DNA of 20,000 bases. It comes from an uncultured virus (IMG/VR IMGVR_UViG_3300030103_005378) (lineage: Duplodnaviria; Heunggongvirae; Uroviricota; Caudoviricetes). A program made the position numbers and the translations under genes. Numbering within the stretch: position 1 is the first letter of the stretch; each line of letters begins with the position of its first letter. The DNA lies in IMG/VR virus record IMGVR_UViG_3300030103_005378. One strand, given 5' to 3'. Under the pieces are notes generated by a model, which was not told the origin of the DNA, ran no database searches, and saw only the letters and a list, made by a program, of their open reading frames with translations. This document shows, piece by piece, positions 13,400-20,000 of the stretch.

Positions 13400-13678
13400 G
13401 CCGTACCGCGTGCGGCGGTATATATATGGTATATATATGGTAATACTATGGTAATACCGTACCACGCGCGCGGTTGTCAATACGCGGGTATGTGGTGGAA
13501 AAAGCCGGATTAGACACACTCATAAATCGTAAACGATCTACCAATATCGACTAGTATATACGAATATCCCCACGATGTAAACATAATTTTCAAAATGGGT
13601 AATTTTTTGTTTTCCCACGTATCCCAAATCTTTTTTTCATAAAAATTTTTTTTCATCGAACAAAGTATATACAGACAT
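13400..13678. other. GC-rich non-coding boundary element (candidate genome end/packaging site or origin)
   Basis: Two CCGTACC-CG-GCG-CGGT units flanking four 11-bp GGTA repeats; GTATATAC twice; base composition switches here. Confidence 0.5.
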
Positions 13679-13687
13679 ATATTTATA
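13679..13687 (+). promoter_or_regulatory. ATATTTATA motif, putative late promoter
   Basis: Same 9-mer 6-10 nt before ATGs at 13694, 14233, 19273. Confidence 0.45.
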
Positions 13688-13693
13688 ATTGAT

Positions 13694-14152
13694 ATGGGAA
13701 AAGAATTTTACTTAAAGGTATTAGCAATATTATTAATCGGAATATCTCCGTTTATAATGTTAATTACCTACGGGGAATTAAATTCAATCTCTCAGTATTG
13801 GACCACCCCATTACAACCACTTTTTATCATTTCAAACACAATAACAGCATATCTGCTATTTGAGATAAAAAATTGGAAAAAAGCAAGTATATTCCTAATG
13901 TTATTAACATCATTTTCAGTAGTTGATTTTGGAATATTACATAATATATTTGCGGGATTATTTTTCTTCTTCTCACTACAGGCGTTATGGGAGACTCAAC
14001 GTTTAGGGGGATATATAATAGTTTATGGGATAGCAATGATATTACTTCCTTTTAATTTATTTTGGAGTGAAGTTATCGCTGTTTCAACATTATGTTCTTA
14101 TCATCTCCACTTGTTAATATACAAAAAGAATCTCTTAAAAAAGAAACCATAG
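13694..14152 (+). CDS. Multi-pass membrane protein
   Basis: 152 aa, 5-6 hydrophobic segments, SISxYW and HNIFA motifs. Confidence 0.85.
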   Translation: MGKEFYLKVLAILLIGISPFIMLITYGELNSISQYWTTPLQPLFIISNTITAYLLFEIKNWKKASIFLMLLTSFSVVDFGILHNIFAGLFFFFSLQALWETQRLGGYIIVYGIAMILLPFNLFWSEVIAVSTLCSYHLHLLIYKKNLLKKKP

Positions 14153-14213
14153 ATAATGTATATATTTATATGCCTTGCATTATACCCAGCTTAAAACCTA
14201 CTTGTTCACCCAC

Positions 14214-14222
14214 ATATTTATA
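14214..14222 (+). promoter_or_regulatory. ATATTTATA motif, putative late promoter
   Basis: 10 nt upstream of ATG 14233; another copy at 14162. Confidence 0.45.
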
Positions 14223-14232
14223 ATAAAATTAC

Positions 14233-14520
14233 ATGGCAAATTATACATTTCATAATCCTTCAGGTTCATCATATTTTACCTTTGAGACCGTAAGGAATTA
14301 TAATGGTTTTTATGACTCTAGTTCGGGTAAATACGCATCGGGTTCATTTGATGGTTTTGTTAATTCTAATCCTGATCATGTGGTTCAATCTGATTATATA
14401 TGGAGTCAAGTTATACCTCCCGGTACGTCATCTTTTAACTTTAATAATGCGGTTGATGTTCCTGTTTGTGGGGTAAAATTTAGGGGAACTGGTGAATTTA
14501 CTGTAATTATAACAACTTAA
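14233..14520 (+). CDS. Hypothetical beta-rich protein, possibly virion-associated
   Basis: 95 aa, S/G/F/N/T-rich. Confidence 0.8.
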   Translation: MANYTFHNPSGSSYFTFETVRNYNGFYDSSSGKYASGSFDGFVNSNPDHVVQSDYIWSQVIPPGTSSFNFNNAVDVPVCGVKFRGTGEFTVIITT

Positions 14521-14532
14521 TAATATATACGT

Positions 14533-15348
14533 ATGGCTATTTATACATTAACACCTGCGCAACTTAAGGGAGCAGGAATTTGTAATTCATTTGAACTACC
14601 TTCTTCTGGGAGTAGTCCTTCATATAATAATCAATATTCTTTTGAATTTAGAGAATATCCTTCTGAACCTTATTTTTCAACACCTGATCAATCTATTTTT
14701 GATTTAACTTCTTTATTTACTATATCTGCATGGGTTAGACCTCATGAGTTACAACCACCGGCAGATGAAGTTATAATAGATAAATCAAGTGGTAATCTTG
14801 GTGCAAATTCGGGTAATGGATGGGGACTATATCATGATAATAATGTACCTGGTTTAATGAGTTTTGATTTAAAAAACAGTAATACTAGATTTAGATTACA
14901 AGCATCCAATATTCCTTCAACTGATATTTGGTATCATGTATTAGTTACATATGAATCTCAAGTAGCAAAAATGTATATTAATGGGGTTGAGGAAGATAGT
15001 TTAACAACTTCTTTTGCATCATTAGGAACTAATTCTCAAGAGGTTATAATAGGAGCAACAACACCATCTGGAACTGCTAATTATTCTGGTTCTTTACAAA
15101 ATATTTCTATATGGAATGTTGCTATGAATCAAAGTGAAATAGATGAAATATATAATTTAGGAACCCCAACTGATTTAAATAATCATTCTCAAGTTGCAAA
15201 TGGTATAGCATGGTGGCAAATGGGAGGTAATGGTTTAAGTGGGTCATTTTCTGGGAATTGGACTGAATTGAATTGTTTTGATAATGCAAGTTACATTATG
15301 ACCTCAGCTAATGTATTAGAAACAGATAGAATAGAAGAAACTCCATAA
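14533..15348 (+). CDS. LamG/concanavalin-A-like jelly-roll domain protein
   Basis: FTISAWV, WYHVLVTY, MYINGV, IIGA and GSLQNISIWNVA are typical of Laminin_G_3. Confidence 0.9.
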   Translation: MAIYTLTPAQLKGAGICNSFELPSSGSSPSYNNQYSFEFREYPSEPYFSTPDQSIFDLTSLFTISAWVRPHELQPPADEVIIDKSSGNLGANSGNGWGLYHDNNVPGLMSFDLKNSNTRFRLQASNIPSTDIWYHVLVTYESQVAKMYINGVEEDSLTTSFASLGTNSQEVIIGATTPSGTANYSGSLQNISIWNVAMNQSEIDEIYNLGTPTDLNNHSQVANGIAWWQMGGNGLSGSFSGNWTELNCFDNASYIMTSANVLETDRIEETP

Positions 15349-15353
15349 TAATA

Positions 15354-15390
15354 TTTGGAGATTATAAAGATATTTCGTATACTAAGGTAT
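15354..15390 (+). promoter_or_regulatory. Bacteroidota sigma70-type promoter
   Basis: TTTG(15354)-N20-TATACTAA, preceded by TTCG as in the early elements. Confidence 0.55.
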
Positions 15391-15410
15391 AAATTTAAAA
15401 AATAAAAGTT

Positions 15411-15590
15411 ATGTTAGAATTAATTAAAATGAATAAAAAAAGAGTAGGAGATTTAATTATTGGAGCAATTGCAATAGGATTATTTGTTTCTTACTTTTTT
15501 ACAGGGTTTATTGTTCTCCCATTTATATCAGGTTGTTTTGTAGGAGAAAGATTTATTAACCCATTAATTTTCAAAAACGATGGAGAATAA
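15411..15590 (+). CDS. Small membrane protein (59 aa)
   Basis: Hand-translated MLELIKMNKKRVGDLIIGAIAIGLFVSYFFTGFIVLPF...; AAAAGTTATG start. Confidence 0.65.
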   Translation: MLELIKMNKKRVGDLIIGAIAIGLFVSYFFTGFIVLPFISGCFVGERFINPLIFKNDGE

Positions 15591-15819
15591 AGAATTCAAA
15601 TCAAGAAAATTAACCACAGCAGACGGAACTATAATGTATATGTTTAATGGGAAACTACACAATTGGGAAGGACCAGCACTAATCCCAGAAGGTAATATGA
15701 GAAAACGTGAATATTATTTAAATGGTATTAAAATGTCAGAACCAGAGTATAAAGATGCTTTAAGAAGACGTGAAGGATTACCATGGTATAAAGGTTCTAG
15801 TGCTAATGCAAGATTTTAA
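15580..15819 (+). CDS. Phage protein with LHxxxGPA...YYLNG motif
   Basis: GKLHNWEGPALI...REYYLNG motif recalled as common in phage hypotheticals. Confidence 0.8.
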   Translation: MENKEFKSRKLTTADGTIMYMFNGKLHNWEGPALIPEGNMRKREYYLNGIKMSEPEYKDALRRREGLPWYKGSSANARF

Positions 15820-15821
15820 TA

Positions 15822-16274
15822 ATGAAAAGAATTACAAATGAAGAAGCTAAAAAATTTGTACCTTACGATCGCACTCGCACTTCACTTCCCCCTTCACATT
15901 TTACGGTTAAAGTTGAAAAAAATGGTTGGGAAAAAATAGAATACTATACTTATAGATTAAGACAAAGCATAGATGGAGGGAATGGAGATCAATCAGTATA
16001 TGTTCTAGAAAATCCCTCAATGCCAGGTATATTAAAAATAGGATATACTAAGGGTGACCCAAATGATAGAGCCGATAAGTTAAGTAAAGCAACAGGTGTT
16101 CCAACCCCATATAAAGTAGTATTTTCTTATAATTGTTTTAATGGTGAAAGAATTGAACGGGCTACTCATAAAAAATTACAAAAATATCGTATAAATAATG
16201 ATAGGGAATTTTTTAAGATTGATATAGAAAAAACAAAAAGTGTTATTAAAGAAATAGGTTTACAATATGATTAA
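15822..16274 (+). CDS. GIY-YIG nuclease-family protein, T5orf172 domain
   Basis: VYVLENPSMPGILKIGYT, R..L..ATGVPTPY and E...H..L..R....REFF motifs. Confidence 0.88.
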   Translation: MKRITNEEAKKFVPYDRTRTSLPPSHFTVKVEKNGWEKIEYYTYRLRQSIDGGNGDQSVYVLENPSMPGILKIGYTKGDPNDRADKLSKATGVPTPYKVVFSYNCFNGERIERATHKKLQKYRINNDREFFKIDIEKTKSVIKEIGLQYD

Positions 16275-16515
16275 TATTTATCAAAAAACATACCAAATGG
16301 AATTACATGATTTACAAGATAAGTTATTAAATTTACAAAATACATTAACAAATATACACCTTATTAGAGATGAAATTTGGAGATACCACCCTGGTAATGA
16401 AAATTTTATTAATCCTATTAAAGAATATGACGAAATTATCTCTCAAATAGATAAAATAGAAAGAGAAATTAGTAGTGTAGAATTGGATATAATTCGTTTA
16501 AGATCTGTTAATTAA
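16267..16515 (+). CDS. Hypothetical coiled-coil protein
   Basis: 82-aa ORF; start may be ATG 16297 after ATATTTAT at 16274. Confidence 0.75.
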   Translation: MINIYQKTYQMELHDLQDKLLNLQNTLTNIHLIRDEIWRYHPGNENFINPIKEYDEIISQIDKIEREISSVELDIIRLRSVN

Positions 16516-16537
16516 TACGTTTATTTAATCATAAAAT

Positions 16538-16996
16538 ATGAATATAAACGAAATATTTGGTTTATTTGGATTTAACAAAGATAACGACAATTCTGTAAAA
16601 AAATTACAAGAAGAAGTAGATAGTTTTAAAGAATCTCCACATTTTAAGTTTGGGATGTTTTATAAAATGTTGGTAAATGGTCAAAATTTTCAACAACAAC
16701 TTATGGGATTTTTTACCAATTCAAACCTAGACAATGATTTTAATACTGGGCTGGATGAAATAGGAGACTATATGTTATATTCCAGGGCATATTATTGGGT
16801 TCAGGAAATAGATTTTGGTAATGAGGATTGGATAAGTGCTATAGATTACTATTGTGATGAAGAAATAGTTGAATGTATCAAACTTTCTATTGAACATTTT
16901 GAAGAAATTGAAGAATACGAAAAATGTGGGTTATTAAAAAAAGTACAAGATTTAACAGAAAAACATCTTTTTCTAAAAAATTTAAAGAAAACTTGA
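16538..16996 (+). CDS. Hypothetical protein with C-terminal UVR-like ExYExC motif
   Basis: 152 aa; FEEIEEYEKCGLLKK. Confidence 0.8.
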   Translation: MNINEIFGLFGFNKDNDNSVKKLQEEVDSFKESPHFKFGMFYKMLVNGQNFQQQLMGFFTNSNLDNDFNTGLDEIGDYMLYSRAYYWVQEIDFGNEDWISAIDYYCDEEIVECIKLSIEHFEEIEEYEKCGLLKKVQDLTEKHLFLKNLKKT

Positions 16997-17023
16997 TTTT
17001 CTAAAATATCCTTATTACCTTTA
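16992..17023 (+). promoter_or_regulatory. Bacteroidota sigma70-type promoter
   Basis: CTTG-N20-TACCTTTA, close to the TTTG-N19-21-TAnnTTTG consensus. Confidence 0.6.
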
Positions 17024-17097
17024 ATTTATATTTGATTATTTAAACATAAAAATTTAAAATGTTTAATATAAAAATAAAAAAAATAATTAAATAAAAT

Positions 17098-17265
17098 ATG
17101 AAAAATAAAAAATTATTATTGAGACGCATGCAAACTTTAGAGGGTATGCTTAAAAAGATTAGATTATCTCTTAGTGAAAACAATGTTTCTAAAGCAAGAG
17201 AACTTTTAAATGAAACACTTGAATTAAGGCAGGATATGGAATCAATAGTAGAAAGAGAAAATTAA
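17098..17265 (+). CDS. Small hypothetical protein (55 aa, MKNKKLLLRR...)
   Basis: Hand-translated; A-rich leader, helical pattern. Confidence 0.7.
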   Translation: MKNKKLLLRRMQTLEGMLKKIRLSLSENNVSKARELLNETLELRQDMESIVEREN

Positions 17266-17280
17266 ATTAAAATAAAAGTT

Positions 17281-18075
17281 ATGAAATTAAAACCAGAACA
17301 CATCCAAGCAAATTGGGGAATATTTTTAACCAATATTGAACAACATATTTCTTCCCCTAGAAAAGAAAAACTATTAGATTTTTATAAAAAATATGAAGAT
17401 CGTATAATGTTAATGCCTGCTGCTCATAAAAAAGAATACCATAATGCTTTTCCAGGAGGGTATGTAGATCATGTAAATCGTGTTGTTGCAGCATCATTTA
17501 GAATTTATGATGTATGGTGTGAATTTGAAATGGATAGATCTACATTTACTATTGAAGAATTAGTATTCTCTGCTATTAATCATGATTTAGGTAAAATGGG
17601 TGATGAAGAAAATGAATCATATATCCCTCAGACTGATAAATGGAGACGTGATAAGTTAGGTGAAGATTATATGTTTAATAAAAAAGTACCATTTGCATCT
17701 GTTCCTGATAGAGGATTATTTTTACTCCAATCACATGGTATACAATATTCATTTAATGAAATGTTAGCTATCCAGACACATGATGGTTTATATGATGAAG
17801 CGAATAAAAAATATTTATTTGCATTCATGCCAGAACAAAAACCACGTACATCCTTACCTTTTATAATTCATCAAGCTGATTTAATGGCAGCTCGTGTTGA
17901 GTTTGAACGTGAATGGTTACCAAAATTAAATGGGGAACAAGGGTCCGTGGAGAAGCTAAAGGAAAATTATACATTAGGAACAACACCAAACTCATCTAAA
18001 AAATTGTCCACTAAAACAAAAGCTTTAGGTTCGATGAAAAGTGATGGTTTGAAAAATATGTTAGACAACTTATGA
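17281..18075 (+). CDS. HD-domain metal-dependent phosphohydrolase (YhaM-like HD domain)
   Basis: YHNAFPGGYVDH, AINHDLGK, THDG and HQAD motifs. Confidence 0.9.
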   Translation: MKLKPEHIQANWGIFLTNIEQHISSPRKEKLLDFYKKYEDRIMLMPAAHKKEYHNAFPGGYVDHVNRVVAASFRIYDVWCEFEMDRSTFTIEELVFSAINHDLGKMGDEENESYIPQTDKWRRDKLGEDYMFNKKVPFASVPDRGLFLLQSHGIQYSFNEMLAIQTHDGLYDEANKKYLFAFMPEQKPRTSLPFIIHQADLMAARVEFEREWLPKLNGEQGSVEKLKENYTLGTTPNSSKKLSTKTKALGSMKSDGLKNMLDNL

Positions 18076-18359
18076 TACCTTTAATAATAACAGTTTGTGT
18101 ACTTTCAGTTGTAATTGTAATTTTAGGATGGACAACTTACAATTTGATGAAAAAACAAGAAAAATCAGAAGATATTCTTTTAGGTTACATGGAATATTTA
18201 GATAAGTTTTCTAGAGTAATTGAAATATCTAATAAAAAATTAAAAGAAGTAGATAATAAGAGAATATTTGAAAAAGATGATGATGTAGGGGTTATATTTG
18301 ATTCAATTTTAAAAATACAAGATATTTTAAATGAATTTACAGTAAAAAAGATAAAATAA
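18072..18359 (+). CDS. Membrane-anchored hypothetical protein
   Basis: N-terminal TM helix; ATGA coupling. Confidence 0.8.
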   Translation: MIPLIITVCVLSVVIVILGWTTYNLMKKQEKSEDILLGYMEYLDKFSRVIEISNKKLKEVDNKRIFEKDDDVGVIFDSILKIQDILNEFTVKKIK

Positions 18360-18362
18360 ATT

Positions 18363-19238
18363 ATGGCCCCGCGAAAAGCAAAAAGTAAAAATTACTTTAC
18401 TAAGGATACAGAGAATGCTATTATGTTATATAATAGTACTTCTTGTCCTCACCAAAGAAGTAAAATATATGAAAAAGAAATACATTACCCTTTCTTTAAA
18501 CTTACCCAAAACATTATCCACACATTTAAATTTTACCATACAGAAGTAGAAAATTTAGAACATTTACAACATGAAATTGAAGTATTTCTTTTAGAAAAAA
18601 TGAAACTATTTCACCCTGTAAAAAGTGCAGATAATAAGATAAGAAAAATAATACATAAAGAATTTAATGAACCATATAGTGGAAGTTTTATTGATTACAT
18701 GCCTGAAAATGAAATAAAATGCTCCCCACAAGAGATACAAGAATATGTTAATACTCTTAATGTATCCCCTGAATGTTATAATAAATTAATAAAAATAACC
18801 CCAGCTAAGGCATATTCATATTTTGGAACTATTGTAAAAAGGTGGTGTATTTTATATAATGAAAAAAATTATAAAAAGAAGGTTTCTTCTGTTCCTGTTG
18901 GTGAATTAGAAAAAGATGACACCCATTCTTATTCTTTAGAATTATCTCCTAATGATAAATTATCTTATTTTATAGATGAATATGTTAAATATATCTCGGA
19001 TAATATCTTTACTTTATATCCTAAAAATATTGACGCACAAATAGCGGATTCAATATTAGAATTATTTAGAAAAAGAGATTCTATAGATGTATTCAATAAG
19101 AAAGCTTTATACATTTATATACATGAAATGTTACCTAATGTTAAAACCCCTAAAATAACTAAAATAGCTAATAATCTATATGCTATTTTTAAAAAACATT
19201 ATATTTTCTATATAGAAAACGGGTATATTAATTTCTAA
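18363..19238 (+). CDS. Probable phage sigma factor (T4 gp55-like late sigma)
   Basis: N-terminal NYFT motif; region-2-like KAYSYFGTIVKR; lies just upstream of likely structural genes; recognised from motif memory only. Confidence 0.6.
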   Translation: MAPRKAKSKNYFTKDTENAIMLYNSTSCPHQRSKIYEKEIHYPFFKLTQNIIHTFKFYHTEVENLEHLQHEIEVFLLEKMKLFHPVKSADNKIRKIIHKEFNEPYSGSFIDYMPENEIKCSPQEIQEYVNTLNVSPECYNKLIKITPAKAYSYFGTIVKRWCILYNEKNYKKKVSSVPVGELEKDDTHSYSLELSPNDKLSYFIDEYVKYISDNIFTLYPKNIDAQIADSILELFRKRDSIDVFNKKALYIYIHEMLPNVKTPKITKIANNLYAIFKKHYIFYIENGYINF

Positions 19239-19253
19239 TTCTTTTATAGTTTC

Positions 19254-19266
19254 ATATTTATAAATA
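19254..19266 (+). promoter_or_regulatory. ATATTTATA(AATA) putative late promoter
   Basis: 10 nt before ATG 19273; also contains T4-type TATAAATA. Confidence 0.5.
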
Positions 19267-19272
19267 AATGAC

Positions 19273-19611
19273 ATGGGAAACCTAGAATCAAATGTTTTTG
19301 GGAAGAAAAAATTTTCTGATATTCTAAAAGAAATTTATGACAACCAAAAAAGAAAAGAAACACAAATTTCAGCTTTAATAGGAGAATTAAAACCTTTAAT
19401 TAATGATTTAGGAGATGCTACTTTAGTAGTACCTCTTATTAAAGAATATATGGAACTTGGAATTAAAAATGATGAGCAATTAGTTAAAATGGCTACTATT
19501 GTTCAACGTACTCTTGCTTCTAATAAATCCGAAGAAGAAGGTTTTGGTATGACCGAAGAAGAAAAAGCTCAACTTTTTAAAGAAATAGAAAAATTTAAAC
19601 CTAAAAAATAA
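19273..19611 (+). CDS. Helical phage protein of unknown function
   Basis: 112 aa; GDATLVVPLIKEY...KNDEQLVK. Confidence 0.85.
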   Translation: MGNLESNVFGKKKFSDILKEIYDNQKRKETQISALIGELKPLINDLGDATLVVPLIKEYMELGIKNDEQLVKMATIVQRTLASNKSEEEGFGMTEEEKAQLFKEIEKFKPKK

Positions 19612-20000
19612 TGTCACATAAATTTGGATTAGGTAATATGGTTAATAATTCCTTAGGTGGAAGTATGGGGAATACCGGGGGTTTTTCTTCACCTAAAACT
19701 AATCTAATATTAAAAGTAAAAGACATTATTTTAGATGAAAACCATCCTAAATTTAACCCTAACTTAGGTTTCTCACAGATAGGTACTATATTTGGGGTCG
19801 AAAAAACATTACAAAATTCTGCTACCCCTAGAACCTATATAGCAAAACCTTCAAACCCAAATAGTAAAAATTTTCCAATTCCTGGAGAAAATGTAAAATG
19901 TTTTTCTAATTCTGCTCCTAATTCTCCAACCCCTGTTTGGGTATATGAATCTACCCCAATAAGTGATTATGGAGTATTATCCCCCCATTCAAATCAATCA
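19611..20000 (+). CDS. Probable baseplate hub/spike (gp5/VgrG-like OB-fold) protein, N-terminal part
   Basis: Hand-translated open frame from TAATG: VKDIILDENHP..IGTI..AKP..NFPIPGENV; PxxGExV is typical of gp5/gpV OB folds. Confidence 0.55.
   Translation, partial: MSHKFGLGNMVNNSLGGSMGNTGGFSSPKTNLILKVKDIILDENHPKFNPNLGFSQIGTIFGVEKTLQNSATPRTYIAKPSNPNSKNFPIPGENVKCFSNSAPNSPTPVWVYESTPISDYGVLSPHSNQS

Noticed and set aside
44..14036. All minus-strand ORFs in the track (44, 699, 2184, 2611, 4463, 4741, 6478, 12252, 12915, 13827)
   Set aside because: They shadow better + strand genes, have antisense-type S/L/F/I-rich composition and lack start context
15822..16274. Intron-encoded homing endonuclease
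   Set aside because: Free-standing T5orf172-type gene tightly packed in an operon; no interrupted host gene or intron structure
19273..19611. Small terminase subunit
   Set aside because: Size and helicity fit, but no diagnostic motif or adjacent large terminase is visible; needs a profile search
1..20000. Stop-codon reassignment
   Set aside because: TAA, TAG and TGA all end genes at sensible places (e.g. PMM-like gene ends in TAG, HD gene in TGA); coding density is high under code 11

Overview
AT-rich fragment of a large lytic tailed phage genome, probably infecting Bacteroidota/Flavobacteriia. The host call rests on the absence of Shine-Dalgarno sites, A-rich AAAAGTTATG starts and TTG-N20-TAnnTTTG-like promoters. 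All credible genes are on the + strand. 1-13.4 kb is an early/host-takeover region of about 45 small, mostly unknown ORFs. It includes a DUF932 protein, a eukaryote-type PMM-like HAD-IIB enzyme, an unannotated ArfA-like peptide, an AT-hook-like repeat protein and several acidic DNA-mimic candidates. The ORFs are organised as cassettes behind 24 copies of one bipartite promoter-like element (GGA-N23-GTATATTRYAGTATA). Inside this region, about 8.3-10.2 kb is almost cytosine-free on the coding strand (about 20 C in 1.88 kb by hand count, with C-free runs of 376 and 409 nt), and three consecutive proteins contain no Ala, Pro, Gln or His. The C-poor module is bracketed by an ATTAC(C) repeat array (7.05-7.73 kb) and a GC-rich hairpin/GGTA array (13.38-13.68 kb), candidate genome-end, terminal-repeat or origin signals. 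A structured RNA candidate lies at 12.35-12.54 kb. 13.7-20 kb is ordinary-composition core genome: a LamG protein, a T5orf172 GIY-YIG protein, an HD hydrolase, a probable gp55-like late sigma factor and the start of a probable baseplate-hub gene.
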